Of a DNA stretch of 64,000 bases, positions 10,481 to 24,632 are shown piece after piece. The stretch lies in NCBI RefSeq assembly GCF_963921235.1, contig NC_086108.1, positions 62,808,001 through 62,872,000 of the forward strand. The letters run 5' to 3'. Source of the DNA: Mobula hypostoma (taxonomy: Eukaryota). How positions within the stretch are numbered: the first letter of the stretch is position 1; each line of letters begins with the position of its first letter. A program made the translations under genes and the position numbers. The notes under the pieces are model-generated. The model saw nothing but the letters and a program-made list of their open reading frames with translations. It was not told where the DNA came from and made no database searches.

Positions 10481-12094
10481 GTAAATAGGTGAGAGGGAGA
10501 GGTGTGGTAGGGGGTGGTATATGTATGATAAGCAGAACCAGGTGAAGAGGGGGATGATGGACAGATGGAGCTGGAAGGGAAAGGTTTGAAGAGTGTGGTT
10601 GGGAAACCAGTGGCTGTGGATTATATAGGCAGATAAGGAGTGAGAGGAAAAAAAGGCAGTTAAACCCAAGTTATCTGGAAGATGTAGATTATTGAATCAA
10701 GACAAGAGAGGCATTTCTAGTTTAGCCTTAGATCCTGGCCTAGATACAGCAAAGGAAAGTTGACGACCAACTTTGTCCTGAAGTGTTAATTCGGCTTTTC
10801 TCTCCAAAGTTTCTGCTTAATCTCCTGAGTATTTCTAGTATTTTCTGTTCCTTTGACAAGTATTGGCCTCTTTCTCGATACGTCTAAAAGAGCAGTTAGC
10901 CTAGTCATTTTCCATTTTTTTCCTCTCCATTTATTGTCACATGGGCACCAAAACAACATATCAAACAAAAATTTGGCATGGCTTCATTCTCAGATATTCT
11001 GACAGGAGAGGGGCCATTAATTTTCTTTATGTATTTTAGTGTTATTTTCTTTATATAATATTTTATTTTTTACTGTGGATTATAATATTTTAAAAGTGTT
11101 TTAGTTATTTATCTCACTTTTTAAAAACCTCTTTAATGTTTTAGAATGTCAAGGATTGTGAATATTTGATAACCTTGACACCAGAGAGCTTTTCATGCTC
11201 AATCTGGCCCACATATTACTTTCACCTCCTGTAATTGCACTTGTTGTTTTTTAGAGTGGGCGGCTCCCAGGGTCCCGTGAGGTAGCATGATCCGTGAGAT
11301 ATCACTGGGGCTCAGCCAGCACAGATTTCTTGCTCATGCATTTAGCAGGTCCTTTCCACAGTCTATAAGTGTCTCTGTTGATTAGAAATATTGCAAATTA
11401 GTGGAAGTACAATGCAAGTAATTTGGAGACACAAAATAAATTTATAAATTAAAAATATCAAGTACATGTAGCCCTTCAGCTTAGTACAAGCAGTAGTCTC
11501 CTCTAGACGACACAGTAGGTGAAAGGTCAGATAATACAGCATCTGACCTTCCCCCTTTTCTCTATTTATGTAGTTCTGGCTGCAGGAATAGAAGCCTCAA
11601 ATGAGCTGTCATGAGCTGTGTAGGTAGCTAGCAGTTTCCCTTGGTGCCATTAACTGGCTGTCAGTGTGATCTGACTCATTAGTTGCATTCAAAGCTAAGA
11701 TTGATTTTTGGTCCACAGGGGAATCGAGGATTATGGGGTTCAGGCAGTAAGTGGAAGTTGAGACGAAAAATGTGATGAGCCCTGATCTTTTTGAAGGGCA
11801 GAGCAGGCTGAAGGGATTGTAAGTTGAACTGCTTCTCCTTCTTCTTAGTTTTTTCTTTCTTTATATTTTATTGCTTGTTCTTGGGCCTTTTATGGAGCAA
11901 AGAAATGAACAAAAACTGGGAGGAATGAAAGAAGCTGAAAGGAGAGTGGAGGAGGTAACAGGATTTGGCTAGATGAAGGTATGAACACTCTCCCATTTTT
12001 CACATTGCTGTCCCTTCTGTGCCTTTCTTCCTACGTTTCTTCTTTCTCTCCTGCACTGTATTACCTCTACATCACTGTACTTACTCCCTCTTGT

Positions 12095-14600
12095 GTTTTT
12101 CAAGAAAGGCTCTAAGAATAAACTGGAAAATTATAGGCCCGTGAGCCTGATGTCAGTAGTGGGTATATTATTGCAAGATATGCTAAGAGACAAGATATAT
12201 AAATAGTTGGATAGACAGGGTTTGATTAGGAATAGTCATTATGGCTTTGTACATGGTAGGTCATGTCTAAACAATCTCATAGAGCTTTTGGAGGAGGTTA
12301 CCAGGAAGGTTGGTGAAGAAAAAGCAGTGGACGTTGTCTACATGAACTTTAGCAGGGCCTTTGACAAAATTCCGCATGGAAGGCTGGTCCAGAAGGTAAA
12401 GTTACTTGGCACTCAGGATGATGTAGTCATTGGATCTGACAGTAGCTTAGCAGGAGAAGCCAGAGTGTAGTAGTAGATGGCTGTCTCTTTGACTGGAGAC
12501 CTGTGACTAGTGGTATGCTACAGGGATCAGTGCTGAGTCTGCTGGTGTTTAACACCTATATTAATGATTTAGATGATAATGTGGTAAACTGGATCAGCAA
12601 ATTTGCAGATGACACCAAGATTAGGAGGGGGGGTGTAGAGGGCAGCAAGAAAGGCTATCAAAGTTTGCAGCGCCAAACTGGGAAAGTAGGTTGAAAAATA
12701 GCATATGGAATTTAACATTGACAATTGTGCGGTGTTGCAGTTTGGGAGAATGATCCGGGGCAAGATGTATACAGTGAATGGTAGGGCTCTGAGTTGTGCA
12801 GTAGAACAAAGGAATATTGGGGGGGAGGAGTATAGATTGATAATTACTTGAAAGTTGCATCACAGCTAGATAGGGTAGTAAAGGAGCTTTTAGCATATTT
12901 GCTCTGATGAAGTGCTTTGAGAGGTTGGTCATGGCCTAAGCAAAATCCTGAACTCACTGCAATTTGCCTTTCGCCACAATAGGTCTAAAGCGGGTGCAAT
13001 CTCACTGGCTCTCCACTCGGCCTTGGATATCTTAGACAATAGTAATACCTGTGCCAGAGTGCTGTTTGTTGATTACAGCTCAGTGTTTAACCCCGTCATA
13101 CCCTCTGTACTAATAAACAAGCTCCAGAACTTCAGCCTCTGTACCTCCTTCTGCAGCTGGATCCTTAACTTCCTCATTGGGAGACCACAGTCAGTGTGGA
13201 TCAGAAGTAACATTTCCTTGCTGACAGTTAACACTGGCATACCTCAAGGATGCACACTTAGCCCACTGCTCTATTCTCTCTAACACCCATGACTATGTGG
13301 CTATGTACAGCTCAAACATCATCTGTAAATTTGCTGACGATACAACCGTTGTTGGCGGAATTTCAGATGGTGATGAGAAGGCATACAGGAGTGAGAGAGA
13401 TCAGCTGGTTGAGTGGCGTTGCAACAACAACCATATGCTGAACGTCATTAAGACCAAGGAACTGATTGTGGACTTCAGGAAAGGGAAGTCAAGAGAGCAC
13501 ACACCAGTCCTCATTGAGGGACCAGCAGTGGAAAGGTTGAACAGTTTCAAGTTCCTGGGTGTCAACGTTTCTGATGATCTACCCTGGGCTCAACATATTA
13601 ATGTGATTACAAAGAAGGCACGACAGCAGCTATATTCATCAGGAGATTGAGGAGATCTGGTGTGACACCAAAGACTCTTGCAAATTTCTATGGATGTACT
13701 GTGGAGAGCATTCTTACTGGTTACATCACCATCTGGTACAGAGGGGTGACTGCACAGGATTGGAAAAAGCTGCAGAAAGTTGTGAACTCAGCCAGCTCCA
13801 TCATGGACACTATTCTACCCAACATCCAGGACATTTTCAAAAGGTGATGTCTCATAAAGGCAGCCTCCATGATTAAGGACCCCATTATCCAGGACATGCC
13901 CTCTTCTCATTGCTACCATCAAGGAGGTGGTACAGGAGCCTGAAGACATACCTCAATGCTTTACGAACAGCTTCTTCTCTGCCGTTAGATAATGAACCCA
14001 TGTACACTATGTCAATATTCATACACTATTTATTTAATTTATTAAAATGTATTTCTTATTCTAATTTATAGTTTTATTATTATGTATTGCAATATACTGC
14101 TGCCACAAATAAACAGATTTCGTGACATATGCCAGTGATATTAAATCTGATTCTGATTCTGATTGGCCTTCATAATCAGGGCATTGAGTACAGGAATTAA
14201 GATGTTATGTTGAGGTTGTTTAAGATGTTAGTGAGGCCAGACTTAGAATAGCGAATGCAGTACTGGTCACGTACTTATAGGAAAGCTATCAATAAGCTTG
14301 AAAGAGTGCAGAGAAAAATTACAGGGATGTTGCTAGGACTTGAGGACCTTAGTTATAGGGAAAGATTGACTAAGTTAGCACCTTATTCCCTGGAGCACAG
14401 GAGAATTAGGGGAGATGGTGCATGTGGAATGAGCTGTTATCAGATGCAGTGAATGTGGGTTCACTTGTAATGTTTGAGAATAGTTTGGATAAGGACATGA
14501 ATGAGTTGTTTAGACCGATATGGTCCAAGTGCAGTCAGGTGTGAAAAGGCAGAAAATTGAGTCAGTATAGACTGGGTAAGCTGAAGAGCCTGTTTCTGTT
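12095..14600 (+). mobile_element. Degraded CR1 LINE split by a Rex1 insertion
   Basis: HYGFVHGRSCLNNL, DVVYMNFSRAFDKIPH and KFADDTKI. Resumes at ~14163 (ttggccttcataa) through LERVQRK and the 3'UTR. Confidence 0.85.
12902..14161 (+). mobile_element. Rex1/Babar LINE, 5'-truncated
   Basis: RVLFVDYSSVFN, GIPQGCTLSPLLYSL, KFADDTT and [11 protein letters not shown]; (ATTCTG)n tail. Confidence 0.9.
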
Positions 14601-16559
14601 CTGTAGTATTCTATGACTCTGTGCTGCTGGACCAGTTGAGTTCCTCCACAGCTTGCTTGTTGCTTTTGACTCTAGATGCTCTATATAGTGGGGTCTGAGC
14701 ACTGGTGGTGCTCTGGCTTTGCTTGAGCATGTTTGTTCTGATTCTATATGCCTTTTGGAGAAGTTCAAGGTATTAGTTCTTAACACCCCTATTTATAAGT
14801 AAATGTTTGAATGTTCAAAAATTGTATATTAACATTAAGGTGTTGATTATCATTTCTAATTCTATTTAAGTGGAACTTAATTTTGTATTACCAGTATTTA
14901 CATAACTGCACAAATACGACAACAGAAATGCACTTGCTGGCGAAGGGTGTGGTCAGTGCAATGTAGGCAGAAACACTACTCACATAGAATCAAGTTATTA
15001 GATTTGTTGTCCTATAATTCAGTCGTACAATTTTTATTGACTGCATGCTCTTCTGTATTGACTGCATGTCGAATGGTTTTAATAATGAGAAGACAGTGTG
15101 TTATAAGTGACTGGGAACAGCTGACAATGGAACTAACTATGCTTCTTTGAGTTTGTTTTCATATTCAAGCTATAAGTGAGATGTATATTATTTTAATTCC
15201 CATAAATTATTTGGCTAAGTATAGATCACAGAAGCACCTTGTTTATATTGTATTCACTGTTGTTGTGAAAGCAATTCATTTTGTTAAATATATTGCTTGA
15301 CTGCAACAATTGTTTGCAATAATTACTGAACTATATTAATTAGAAATTTAATAACATGTTTATGTTTAAATTTTCGAGTTAAATTGATCCCAGGCCATAA
15401 ACAACATATTAAGCCTTTCATGTTGACATATGGATTGTAAATGATTCGGATGCAAGCTAAAATTTGTTTCTTTTTGTTCCTTACTATCCAATCCAGAATA
15501 AGTTTTTTTTCTTCATCTGGACCTAATAATGCCTGCAGCTGTGTTGATATGTGCCAAATGTGAACTAGTTTCTGTTTGCTTTGAGCAGCTGGAGTCTTCT
15601 AACTTTATAAACATAGAAAAGCCACAGTAACATGGTTCAGGATGTGAAAAATCAACAAAGATAAGGGCCTAGCCTTAGTCCCTTAGAGAAAACCTTGCAT
15701 CAATTCTCTATGGGCATTTTTGAGCATGGTACAAAGCAACACAATGAGAGAGGTCCTAGGTTTGATCTCTAATCTGTGCTGAGGTCAGTCAGAGCAGGAT
15801 TTTGAGTACTACATTTTGCCATACTATTTGTTGTATTAACCAATCCAGCCTGGTATAAAGTCCCTGTATGAATTGCAGATGTGATGAGGCATCCACTCTT
15901 TTGGTAGTTACATCTATGTTGTACTTTTTAAAAAAAAAACAAGCTCATTGTATTGTGATTTCAGGTTGTATACTGTATACATTCCCTGATAATAAATGGA
16001 ACCATTTGAACCATTTGAGCATATAGTGTAACATAATTAGATTAGGAAACTAAAGATTTATGTATGCATATGACCTAGTAAATGTAATTTGGGGCATAAG
16101 CTTATAGTTCTATTCTTAGAGCTGATCTTGTGAGAGTTACTGTGAATATATGAACCTTGCACATTCACTATTATTGATGTGCTAACAAAATTATATCTTG
16201 TGTTAGATTAGGATCTAAATTGCTATTTAAATTGTTATTTTTCTTGTAGTTTAATTTTATGCTTGCTAATATGTTTGTATAATCACCTGCTTAATCATGT
16301 CTTAAAATGATGTGCTTATTAAAGTACCCATGGCTGCCACTGTGGATTTCAATTGGAGTAGTCCTAACAGGAGTATTTGATGAGCTGCACACAAAGAGTC
16401 ATCTTTTCTGTGGGCTTGCAGGCCATTACTTCCTACAAATAAAAACCTTGTGTCATGAATGGCTGTCATGCTTCACTCCCAGATGCGTTCAACTCCTTTT
16501 ATGCATGCTTTGAAAGGGAGAATAAAACTATACCTGTACAAATCCACATGGTATTTGGT

Positions 16560-16963
16560 GACCCCATGATCTCTGTCTTGGAGGCAACATCAAAACATCT
16601 TTCAAGAGGGTGAATCCTTGTAAAGTGTCAGGCCCTGATGGTGTACTTGGTAGGGCACTGAAAACCTGTGCCAACTAACTGGCGGGAGTGTTCAAGAACA
16701 TCTTCACTGTTGCAGTTAGAGGTTCCCACCTGCTTTAAAAGGGCAATAGTCATACCAATCCAATGTTCAAGAAGAGTAGGGTGAGCTGATAAACAAGTTC
16801 CAAGACCCCCATCACCCAGGACATGCCCTCTTCTCATTGCTGCCATCAAGGAGGAGGTACAGGTGCCTGATGACACACACTCAATATTTCAGGATCAGCT
16901 TCTTCCCTTCTGCCATTTTATATATGTATGTGTGTGTGTGTGTATATATACACACACACACAC

Positions 16964-17012
<49 letters not shown>

Positions 17013-17140
17013 TATATATACACACACACTTGTAATTTATAATTTTAAAATTATTACGTATTGCAATTTATTGCTGCCGCAAAACAACAATTTTCATGAT
17101 GTATGGCAGTGATATTAAAAGTGAATCTGATTCTGATTCT
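16560..17140 (+). mobile_element. Internally deleted Rex1 LINE
   Basis: 16560-16790 is homologous to the reverse complement of 20920-21150 and is joined directly to the 3' region; ends tctgattctgattct. Confidence 0.8.
16919..17029. repeat. Compound (TA)/(TG)/(CA) microsatellite inside the Rex1 3'UTR
   Basis: Visible alternating purine-pyrimidine dinucleotide tracts. Confidence 0.95.
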
Positions 17141-19747
17141 ACTTGTCAGTAAAGTATAGTGTATTGTTTTTGTACTTATGTAGCTTCTTTGTAAGCCTGA
17201 GATGTCATGGCAGAGTAAATTATAACTCTCAATGTTGTTTCACAGACTGTCTTTATTAGAGAAGACTCCCAAATCTAATCAGTTCAAACTAGCATGCAGT
17301 ATAAAGGGGAAATACGAGGTGCAGTGCTTTGATACTGGCCTTCCTGCTTTTCCTCTTACTGCTATTCTTTGCTGCTACTCTGTATTTTACTTTACTTTTT
17401 ACTTCATGTTACTTACCTTTCACACTGTCTTACCTGTACAATGATGAGCATCCAATATAACAGCTATAACCATAAGATTTGTACCTCATTCTTGACTTCC
17501 TAAGAATCTTTTGGACAATATCATCTCCAGATCTAACACTTGCTGTTTCTTAAGTGTTTCAGTCACTGCAGCTGGGTAGTTAGATCTTTTTATTTATACG
17601 ATTAATTGCAGTGGAAAAAATCTGGCGTAGGATATCTCCTAGCTTTCTAGGATTGTGATATACAATTGTACTAAATAAGGTGTCAGTCTCCTCCTTCCAG
17701 GGCTGACAAGTACTTCACTTTCTACATTGACCTCAAAGTCAACTAGGGAAATTGACAACCATTTCCAGCTTCTCTTTTGTGTGGGATGACTACAATTGTA
17801 TATTGTCAGCAGGTTATCCAGAATACTGGTCAGCAGAGAAGGAATTACTATTTACTGAAATCACTGAAGCAAGATGCCAAAGCAGCTTTCATAGTGTCTC
17901 CCTGTGACATACAATTTTATGAATAAAATGGAACGCCCAATGAGGAACAAATGAAGCCCTGTGCATAATAAGCCATCAGCATCCCAGTAACACTCAATGT
18001 AGCAGAGTTGTGGAGGTGCTCCAAGAGAGAGTCAAGTGTTTGGTAGCTCCTACCAATACACCTTATACTTGTAGTGGTGTACAGTCTGAAGGAGACATGG
18101 AATAGATGAGATATGACGTCAACATTTGCGTTCAGATAATGAAAACCAGAGTGAGGAAATAGCAAAGGAAAAAAGTCTGATTAAACACCTTGAGGAAGAG
18201 GAACAAGAGCTGAGTTCATCATAAAATAATTGTGTGACTTGCTTGTTTTCCTAAACTGAAAAAGTACACTGCATTTATAATTCTTGTTACAACATTCACC
18301 TTCCCTTAATTCTATAACAAGGAACACTGAAACCATTCAGTCAATTCACATGTCAATGACAGACTGACAATGTAGACTCAGAAGCTGACTTAAAACCACA
18401 TTGCACACCACAGAGCCAAAAGTGATTAAGATGAAAAATTTCTTCCCCAGCACGAGAATTGATTTCATTTTGCCTCTAGTTTAGTGTCAATTCCTGCTGC
18501 ATTCATATAAAGTGTATTAAGTTAACTGTTCCAACGTATACCTCCCCTAGCAGCCCAGGAAAGTTGGTGGATAGCTGTTACGCATGCCTAAATATTTGAG
18601 ATACTTTGATATTTGATATTCACGTCTTTTCTTTGACCCTTGAATGCCAAATGACAAATCTTTGTGTCTTGGCTCTTTTAGTCCTTTTAATCCAGCTAAT
18701 TCCAATGTACTGCACATGTTCAGCTGGAGTCTTCACATTTTGAGTCTCAACACTGAACTTCCTTTGAAGGACTAGAGTTATATAACACCTAGTGAGAGGA
18801 AAACGCATTGTCTACTGGACAATAAAAATAGCACCAATGCTGATTCCACAAGATCCTCCAAAGTCACTGGAATGAAAAGTCAGTGTCTCCTAGGCCAGCA
18901 TCCACATTACTGAGGCCCTAGTACTGGAATTGGACTCAAACTGCTTTGGACATCCAGGCAATGGCAACTGTAAGACTGCAGCTTTTCAAAAGTACTATCT
19001 TCTTAGAAATGTGAGGCTTAGTAAGATAATGAAATCTGCTGGAAAGATGTGCAGAAGTAATGCTTCATAACCATGGCTGAGAAGTTCCTTCCCCAAAACT
19101 CTAAAGAATGGCACTGTATGTTTAATTTAAAAAACCTATATGTCTAATTTAAAAAATTCTTGGTGTCTGACTGTCTGTTGTGAATTCAGTTATTACTTTT
19201 TGGCATGATTTAGATATCCTAACTTCTGAAAGGTAAACAACAGTAGTACTCAAAATTTGGTTTTAATGGCATTTGTCTGTAAAATAAGCACTTCTATTTA
19301 CTCACAGAACAAATCAACCTTCAATCTGTAATAAAGAAGTTCTCATGTGTTTTTACTGTATTTCCTATGGAGGTCAGAGTAATGATCACTGGTTGAATAG
19401 ATTACAGGGAAATAAATGGGAAATTATAATTGACGGGATTGCTCTCACTGGTAAATTTAATGGTCTAGTTGGCCTCCTTCCATGTTATAAGGAAATATGA
19501 TGTCTTTGGTACAGAATCAAAGTGGCTATTGCTTATCACTGCTACATTGCATGGTTTGTTGCTTATTACTAAATTAAGGAGATAAAACGCTGCATTATGA
19601 AAGCGAGAAAGCTTCATCTGCTCACAGGTATGTGCATTTTCCTGCGTTGCATGCTTTTCCCTAGTGCAGGTAATCTTAGATTGCACTCATGTCTACAGTA
19701 ATCTCCCTGACAATTTCTGTCAAGACCACCTGGCTAAAAAACTAGAG

Positions 19748-21898
19748 TCAGAATCAGAATCAGGTTTATTATCACTGGCATGTGACGTGAAATTTGTTAA
19801 CTTAGCAGCAGCAGTTCAATGCAATACATAATCTAACAGAGAGAGAGAGAGGAAAAAAAAGAACATAATAATAAGTAAATAAGTAAATCATTTACATATA
19901 TTGAATAGATTTTTAAAAATATCCCTAAAGATGTCCTGGGTACTTTGTAGGCTACTGTCCAAGATGGAGCTAACTAGATTTACAAACTTCTGCAGCTTCT
20001 TTCAGTCCTGTGCAGTACCCCTCCATACTAGACAGTGATGCAGCCTGTCAGAATGCTCTCCACAATCAACTATAGAAGTTTTTGAGTGTATTTGTTGACA
20101 TGCCAAATCTCTTCAAACTCCTAATAAAATATAGCAGTTGTCTTGCCTTCTTTAAGACTACATCGATATGTTGGGACCAGGTTAGATCCTCAGAGATTGT
20201 GACACCAAGGAACTTGAAGCTGCTTACTGTCTCCACTTCTGATCCCTCTATGAGGATCGGTATGTGTTCCTTCGCCTTACCCTTCCTGAAGTCCACAATC
20301 AGCTCTTTTGTCTTATTGACATTGAGTGCCAGGTTGTTGCTGCGGCACCATTCCGCTAGTTGGTATATCTCACTCCTGTACGCCCTCTCGTCACCACCTG
20401 GGATTCTACCAACAATGGTTGTATTGTCAGCAAATTTGTAGATGGTATTTGAACTATGCCTAGCCACACGGTCATGTGTATACTGAGAGTAGAGCAGTGG
20501 GCTAAGCACACACCCCTGAGGTGCACCAGTGTTGATCGTCAGCAAGGAGGATATGTTATCACCAATCTGCACAGACTGTGGTCTTCCGGTTAGGAAGTTG
20601 AGGATCCAATCGCAGAGGGAGGTACAGGGGCCCAGGTTCTACAACTTCTCAATCAGGATTGTGGGAATGATGGTATTAAATGCTGAGCTATAGTCGATGA
20701 ACAGCATCCTGACGTAGGTGTTTGTGGTGTCTAGGTGGTCTAAAGCCATGTGGAGAGTCATTGAGATCGCATCTACCATTGAACTATTGTGGCGATAGGA
20801 AAATTGCAATGGATCCAGACCCTTGCTGAGGCAGGAGGTCAATCTAGTTATAACCAACCTCTCAAAGCATTTCATCACTGTCGATGTGAGTGCTACCAGG
20901 AGATAGTCATTTAGGCAGCCCACATTATTCTTCTTAGGCACTGGTATAATTGTTGCCTTTTTGAAGCAAGTGGGAACTTCTGCCCCTAGCAGTAAGAGGT
21001 TGAAAATGTCCTTGAATACTCCCACTAATTGGTTGGCACAAGTTTTCAGAGCCTTACCCAGTACTCCCATCGGGATCTTCCGCCTTGCGATGGTGTACTC
21101 TCTTTAAAGACAGTCTAACATTGGCCTCTGAGACGGAGATCACAGGGTCATCAGGTGCAGCAGGGATCTTCACAGCTGTAGTTGTGTTCTCCCTTTCAAA
21201 GCATGCATAGAAGGCGTTGAGTTCATCTGGTAGTGAAACATCGCTGCAATTCATGCTATTGGGTTTCGTTTTGTAGGAAGTAATGTCTTGCAGACCCTGC
21301 TAGAGTTACTGTGCATCTGATAACGTCTCCAACCTCGTTTGAAATTGTCTCTTTGCCCTTGAAATAGATCTCCACAGCTCATACCTGGTTTTCTGGTATA
21401 GACCTGGGTTGCCAGATTTGAATGCCACAGATCTAGCCTTCAGCAGACGACATACCTTCTGGGTCATCCACGGCTTTTGGTTTGGGAATGTACAGTAAGT
21501 CTTTGTAGGCACACACCCATCCACACAGGTTTTAATGAAGTCGGTAACAACTGCAGGATACTCATCCAGATTCAAAGACGAATCCCTGAATGCAGTCCAG
21601 TCCACTGATTCAAAGCAGTCCTGTAGGTGCTCCTGTGCTTCCCTTATCCAAACTTTCTTGGTCCTCACTACTGGTGCTGCAGTCTTCAGTCTCTGCCAAT
21701 ACTCAGGGAGTACAAGTACAGCCAGGTTATCAGACTTACTGAAGTGAGGGCGTGGAATAGCACGATAGGCATTCTTGATGGGGGTGTAGCAATGGTCCAG
21801 TGTGCTGTTTCCTCTGGTATTGCAAGTGATCTGTTGATGGTAATTGCATAGTGATTTTTTTTCAGACTGGCCTTGTTAAAGTCTCCCAAAACGATGGG
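19748..21898 (-). mobile_element. Rex1/Babar LINE, ~2.1 kb, from the end of the endonuclease to the 3' tail
   Basis: [26 protein letters not shown] and [14 protein letters not shown] in successive minus-strand ORFs; (TCAGAA)n tail at 19748. Confidence 0.92.
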
Positions 21899-22159
21899 TT
21901 CCTTGAATAAAGAACATGCTCCCCGAAGGCACTTATTTTCACCAGCCTTCCTAAGTATCAGCAATTTTTGGGGGAAACCCTTCAAACCTTCTTCCTGCTA
22001 TTGCAAAATCCATTCACCTATTAGCAATACTTCCCCAGAACTTGTAGAGTACTTCCTGTTTTATGTTCCTTTAAGAGCTGACTGCAGAGGTTACATCTGG
22101 AAAGCTAAATACTTGCAGTAAATAGCTGAAAATGTTGTTAGTAAATAAGTGTTATACAT

Positions 22160-22400
22160 GAGTCCCACAGCAGCAGGTTCAAGAACAGATACTTCCTTCA
22201 ACCATTCAGTTCCAAACCAACCGACAAAAGTCTAATTATGCTCCTTCTCATAAAAAGATGTATAATATATGCTTAATGTACGTTTATCTTGTGAATGCTG
22301 CTTATATGATTTTATGTGCCTGTGATGCTGTTGCTAGTAGGGTTTTCATTGTATGTGTGCATACATGCACTTGTGCATATGACAATAAATTTGACTGATT
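22160..22400 (+). mobile_element. Rex1-related 3' end fragment
   Basis: cagcaggttcaagaacag...ccttcaaccattc resembles 30355-30395; ends gacaataaatttgact. Confidence 0.55.
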
Positions 22401-23429
22401 GTGAAATGGGTACTGTCAGTTTCAGTGTGGTGTTACACAGGGATTCACTACCAGATTTGGGGATCATGTTCTTAATGTGACTTTTCAAACGGCCTTAAGT
22501 TGACCCACAAAGACATCTCAATGTCAGTAAATGGCAGTCATGCAATTTCTACACCTTAATCCTTATATTTAACAATAAAAATAATCCATCAATACATGTG
22601 CTATGTATTTACTAAAAATTTGCTTTGTTGTTTGACTGATACTTGTGCAGAACTCAATGGGTATAGACTCCTTTCCAACATATTTATTCTTCTTTTCAAA
22701 GGTAAAAACACCATCTGGTGAATTTTAAGGTAGTTAATGGACTGATATTTTTGAATACTGAAACCTTGAAAAAGGTGGTTTTTGAAATGTTCAAATGTTC
22801 AATTTATTTTGCAGTATTTTAAATTTTGTTACTTGTTGGAGCCTATTATCATATTATAGAACTGAGCACACAGAAGTTAGTACAACAGGCAGCCACTGTT
22901 GCTCAGGTTTTATTCATTGTCAATCAAAGTTAATGCATCCTCCATAATTTAGCATATGTAACACTCCCATTTATGAAGGTGGGATGAATGCTGATCATCA
23001 TATCTATGATACAAGTTTCAGCAACAGTTCATGGGCTACTTACAAGCAGAAGCTGAGATTAGGTTTGTGATCTTTTTTATTTGGTATTAACATGACAGAA
23101 GAAGATTCCAATGGTATAGAGTAAAAATTTCCTTACTGAGTTGAGATCAGTCAGAGGCAGTAAAAGTTAATAACAATGAGATGTACTGATCTTGAAGAAA
23201 GCTGCCCTTATAAATTGTAGTACCTCCCAGTTGTCAGTTTTGGCATTTCCAATGTCAATTGGTTTTCGTGCCTCTTTTTTTGAAGGATATCTGGTATCCA
23301 GCTTTGGTGTTATTGGGTGGGCTGAGCAGCCAATCATATTCAAGAAATTGCCAGGAAAGGAAGTAGAATGTATGCAGTTCTACTTTTGGGAAATCAGAGA
23401 TTCATTGGCAGTGGTTTTGGATTTTTGTG

Positions 23430-23627
23430 TTTAACAACAATCTTTTTAGTGGGTTGAACAGCATCTGTTGGGGGCGAAAGGAATTGTCAATATTTCCAGC
23501 CAAAACCCTGCATCAGGACAATACTAGGGTTTGACCCCACACATTGACAATTCCTTCCCCCCCTCCTGGTGTTATTGGACTAATTGAGTTCCAGTAGCAA
23601 GTTACTTGTTGCTCCAGATTCAGGCAT
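23430..23627. mobile_element. Old inverted (palindromic) PLE pLTR remnant; its tail continues at ~24633-24650
   Basis: Arms ggaattgtcaa...aaaccct and agggttt...ttgacaattcc. Decayed hammerhead box CTGATGC on the - strand at ~23510-23516. Confidence 0.7.
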
Positions 23628-24632
23628 CAGAACCTAGGCCTCTGCATCTCCCTCTGCAATTGGATCCTTGATTCCTAACCGGAAGAACACAATCTGTGCC
23701 CATTGGTAATAATATCTCCTTCTCAGTGGCAGTCAACACTGGCACACCTCAGGGTTGTATGTTTAGCCCACTGCTCTACTCTCTCTATACCCATGACTGT
23801 GTGGCTAGGTGTAGCTCAAATGTCATCTATAAATTTGCTGATGATACAACTGTTGCTGGCAGAATCTCAGGTGGAGATGAGAGGATGTACAGAAGTGAAA
23901 TATACCAGCTAGTTGAATGGTGTTGTAGCATCAACCTTGCACTCAGCATCAGTAAGACCAAAGAGCTGATTGTGGACTTCGCGAAGGGTAAGACGAGGGA
24001 ATACGAACAAATCCTCATAGAGGGATAAGAAGTGTAGAGAGTGAGCAATTTCAGCGTCCTGGGTGTCAAGATCACTGAGGACCTAACTTGGTCCCAACAT
24101 ATCAATACGGCTATAAAGAAGGCAAGATACTAGCTATATTTCATTAGGTGTTTGAGGAGATTTGGTTTGTCTTGAAAATTTCTACAGATGTACTGTGGAA
24201 AGTTGTAAAATTAGTCAGCTTCATCTTGGGTATTAGCCTCCGTAGCAATCCTAGACATCTTCAAGGAGCGGTGCCTCAGAAAGGTGGTGTCCGTTACTGA
24301 GGACCCCCATCACCCAGGACATACCCTCTTCTCATTGTTACCACCAGGAAGGAGGTACAGAAACCTGAAGGTACACACTCAGCAATTAAGAAACAGCTTC
24401 TTCCCCGATTCCAAAATGGACATTGAACCCATGAACATTATCCCACTTTTTTTTGTTTTTGTATTATTTCTGCTTTTGCACTACTTTTAAATTAACTATT
24501 TATTGTACATATATACTTAATGATTTACTGACTTATTTATTTATTCTCTATATTATGTATAGCATTGTACTGCTGCCTCTGTTAACAACTTTCATGACGT
24601 GTTGGTGATAATAAACCTGATTCTGATTCTGA
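23628..24632 (+). mobile_element. Rex1/Babar LINE, 5'-truncated
   Basis: GTPQGCMFSPLLYSLYTHDC and KFADDTT; (ATTCTG)n tail. Confidence 0.9.

Noticed and set aside
15720..15900. Possible ancient SINE (B-box-like ggtttgatctc)
   Set aside because: Too diverged to support family or boundaries.
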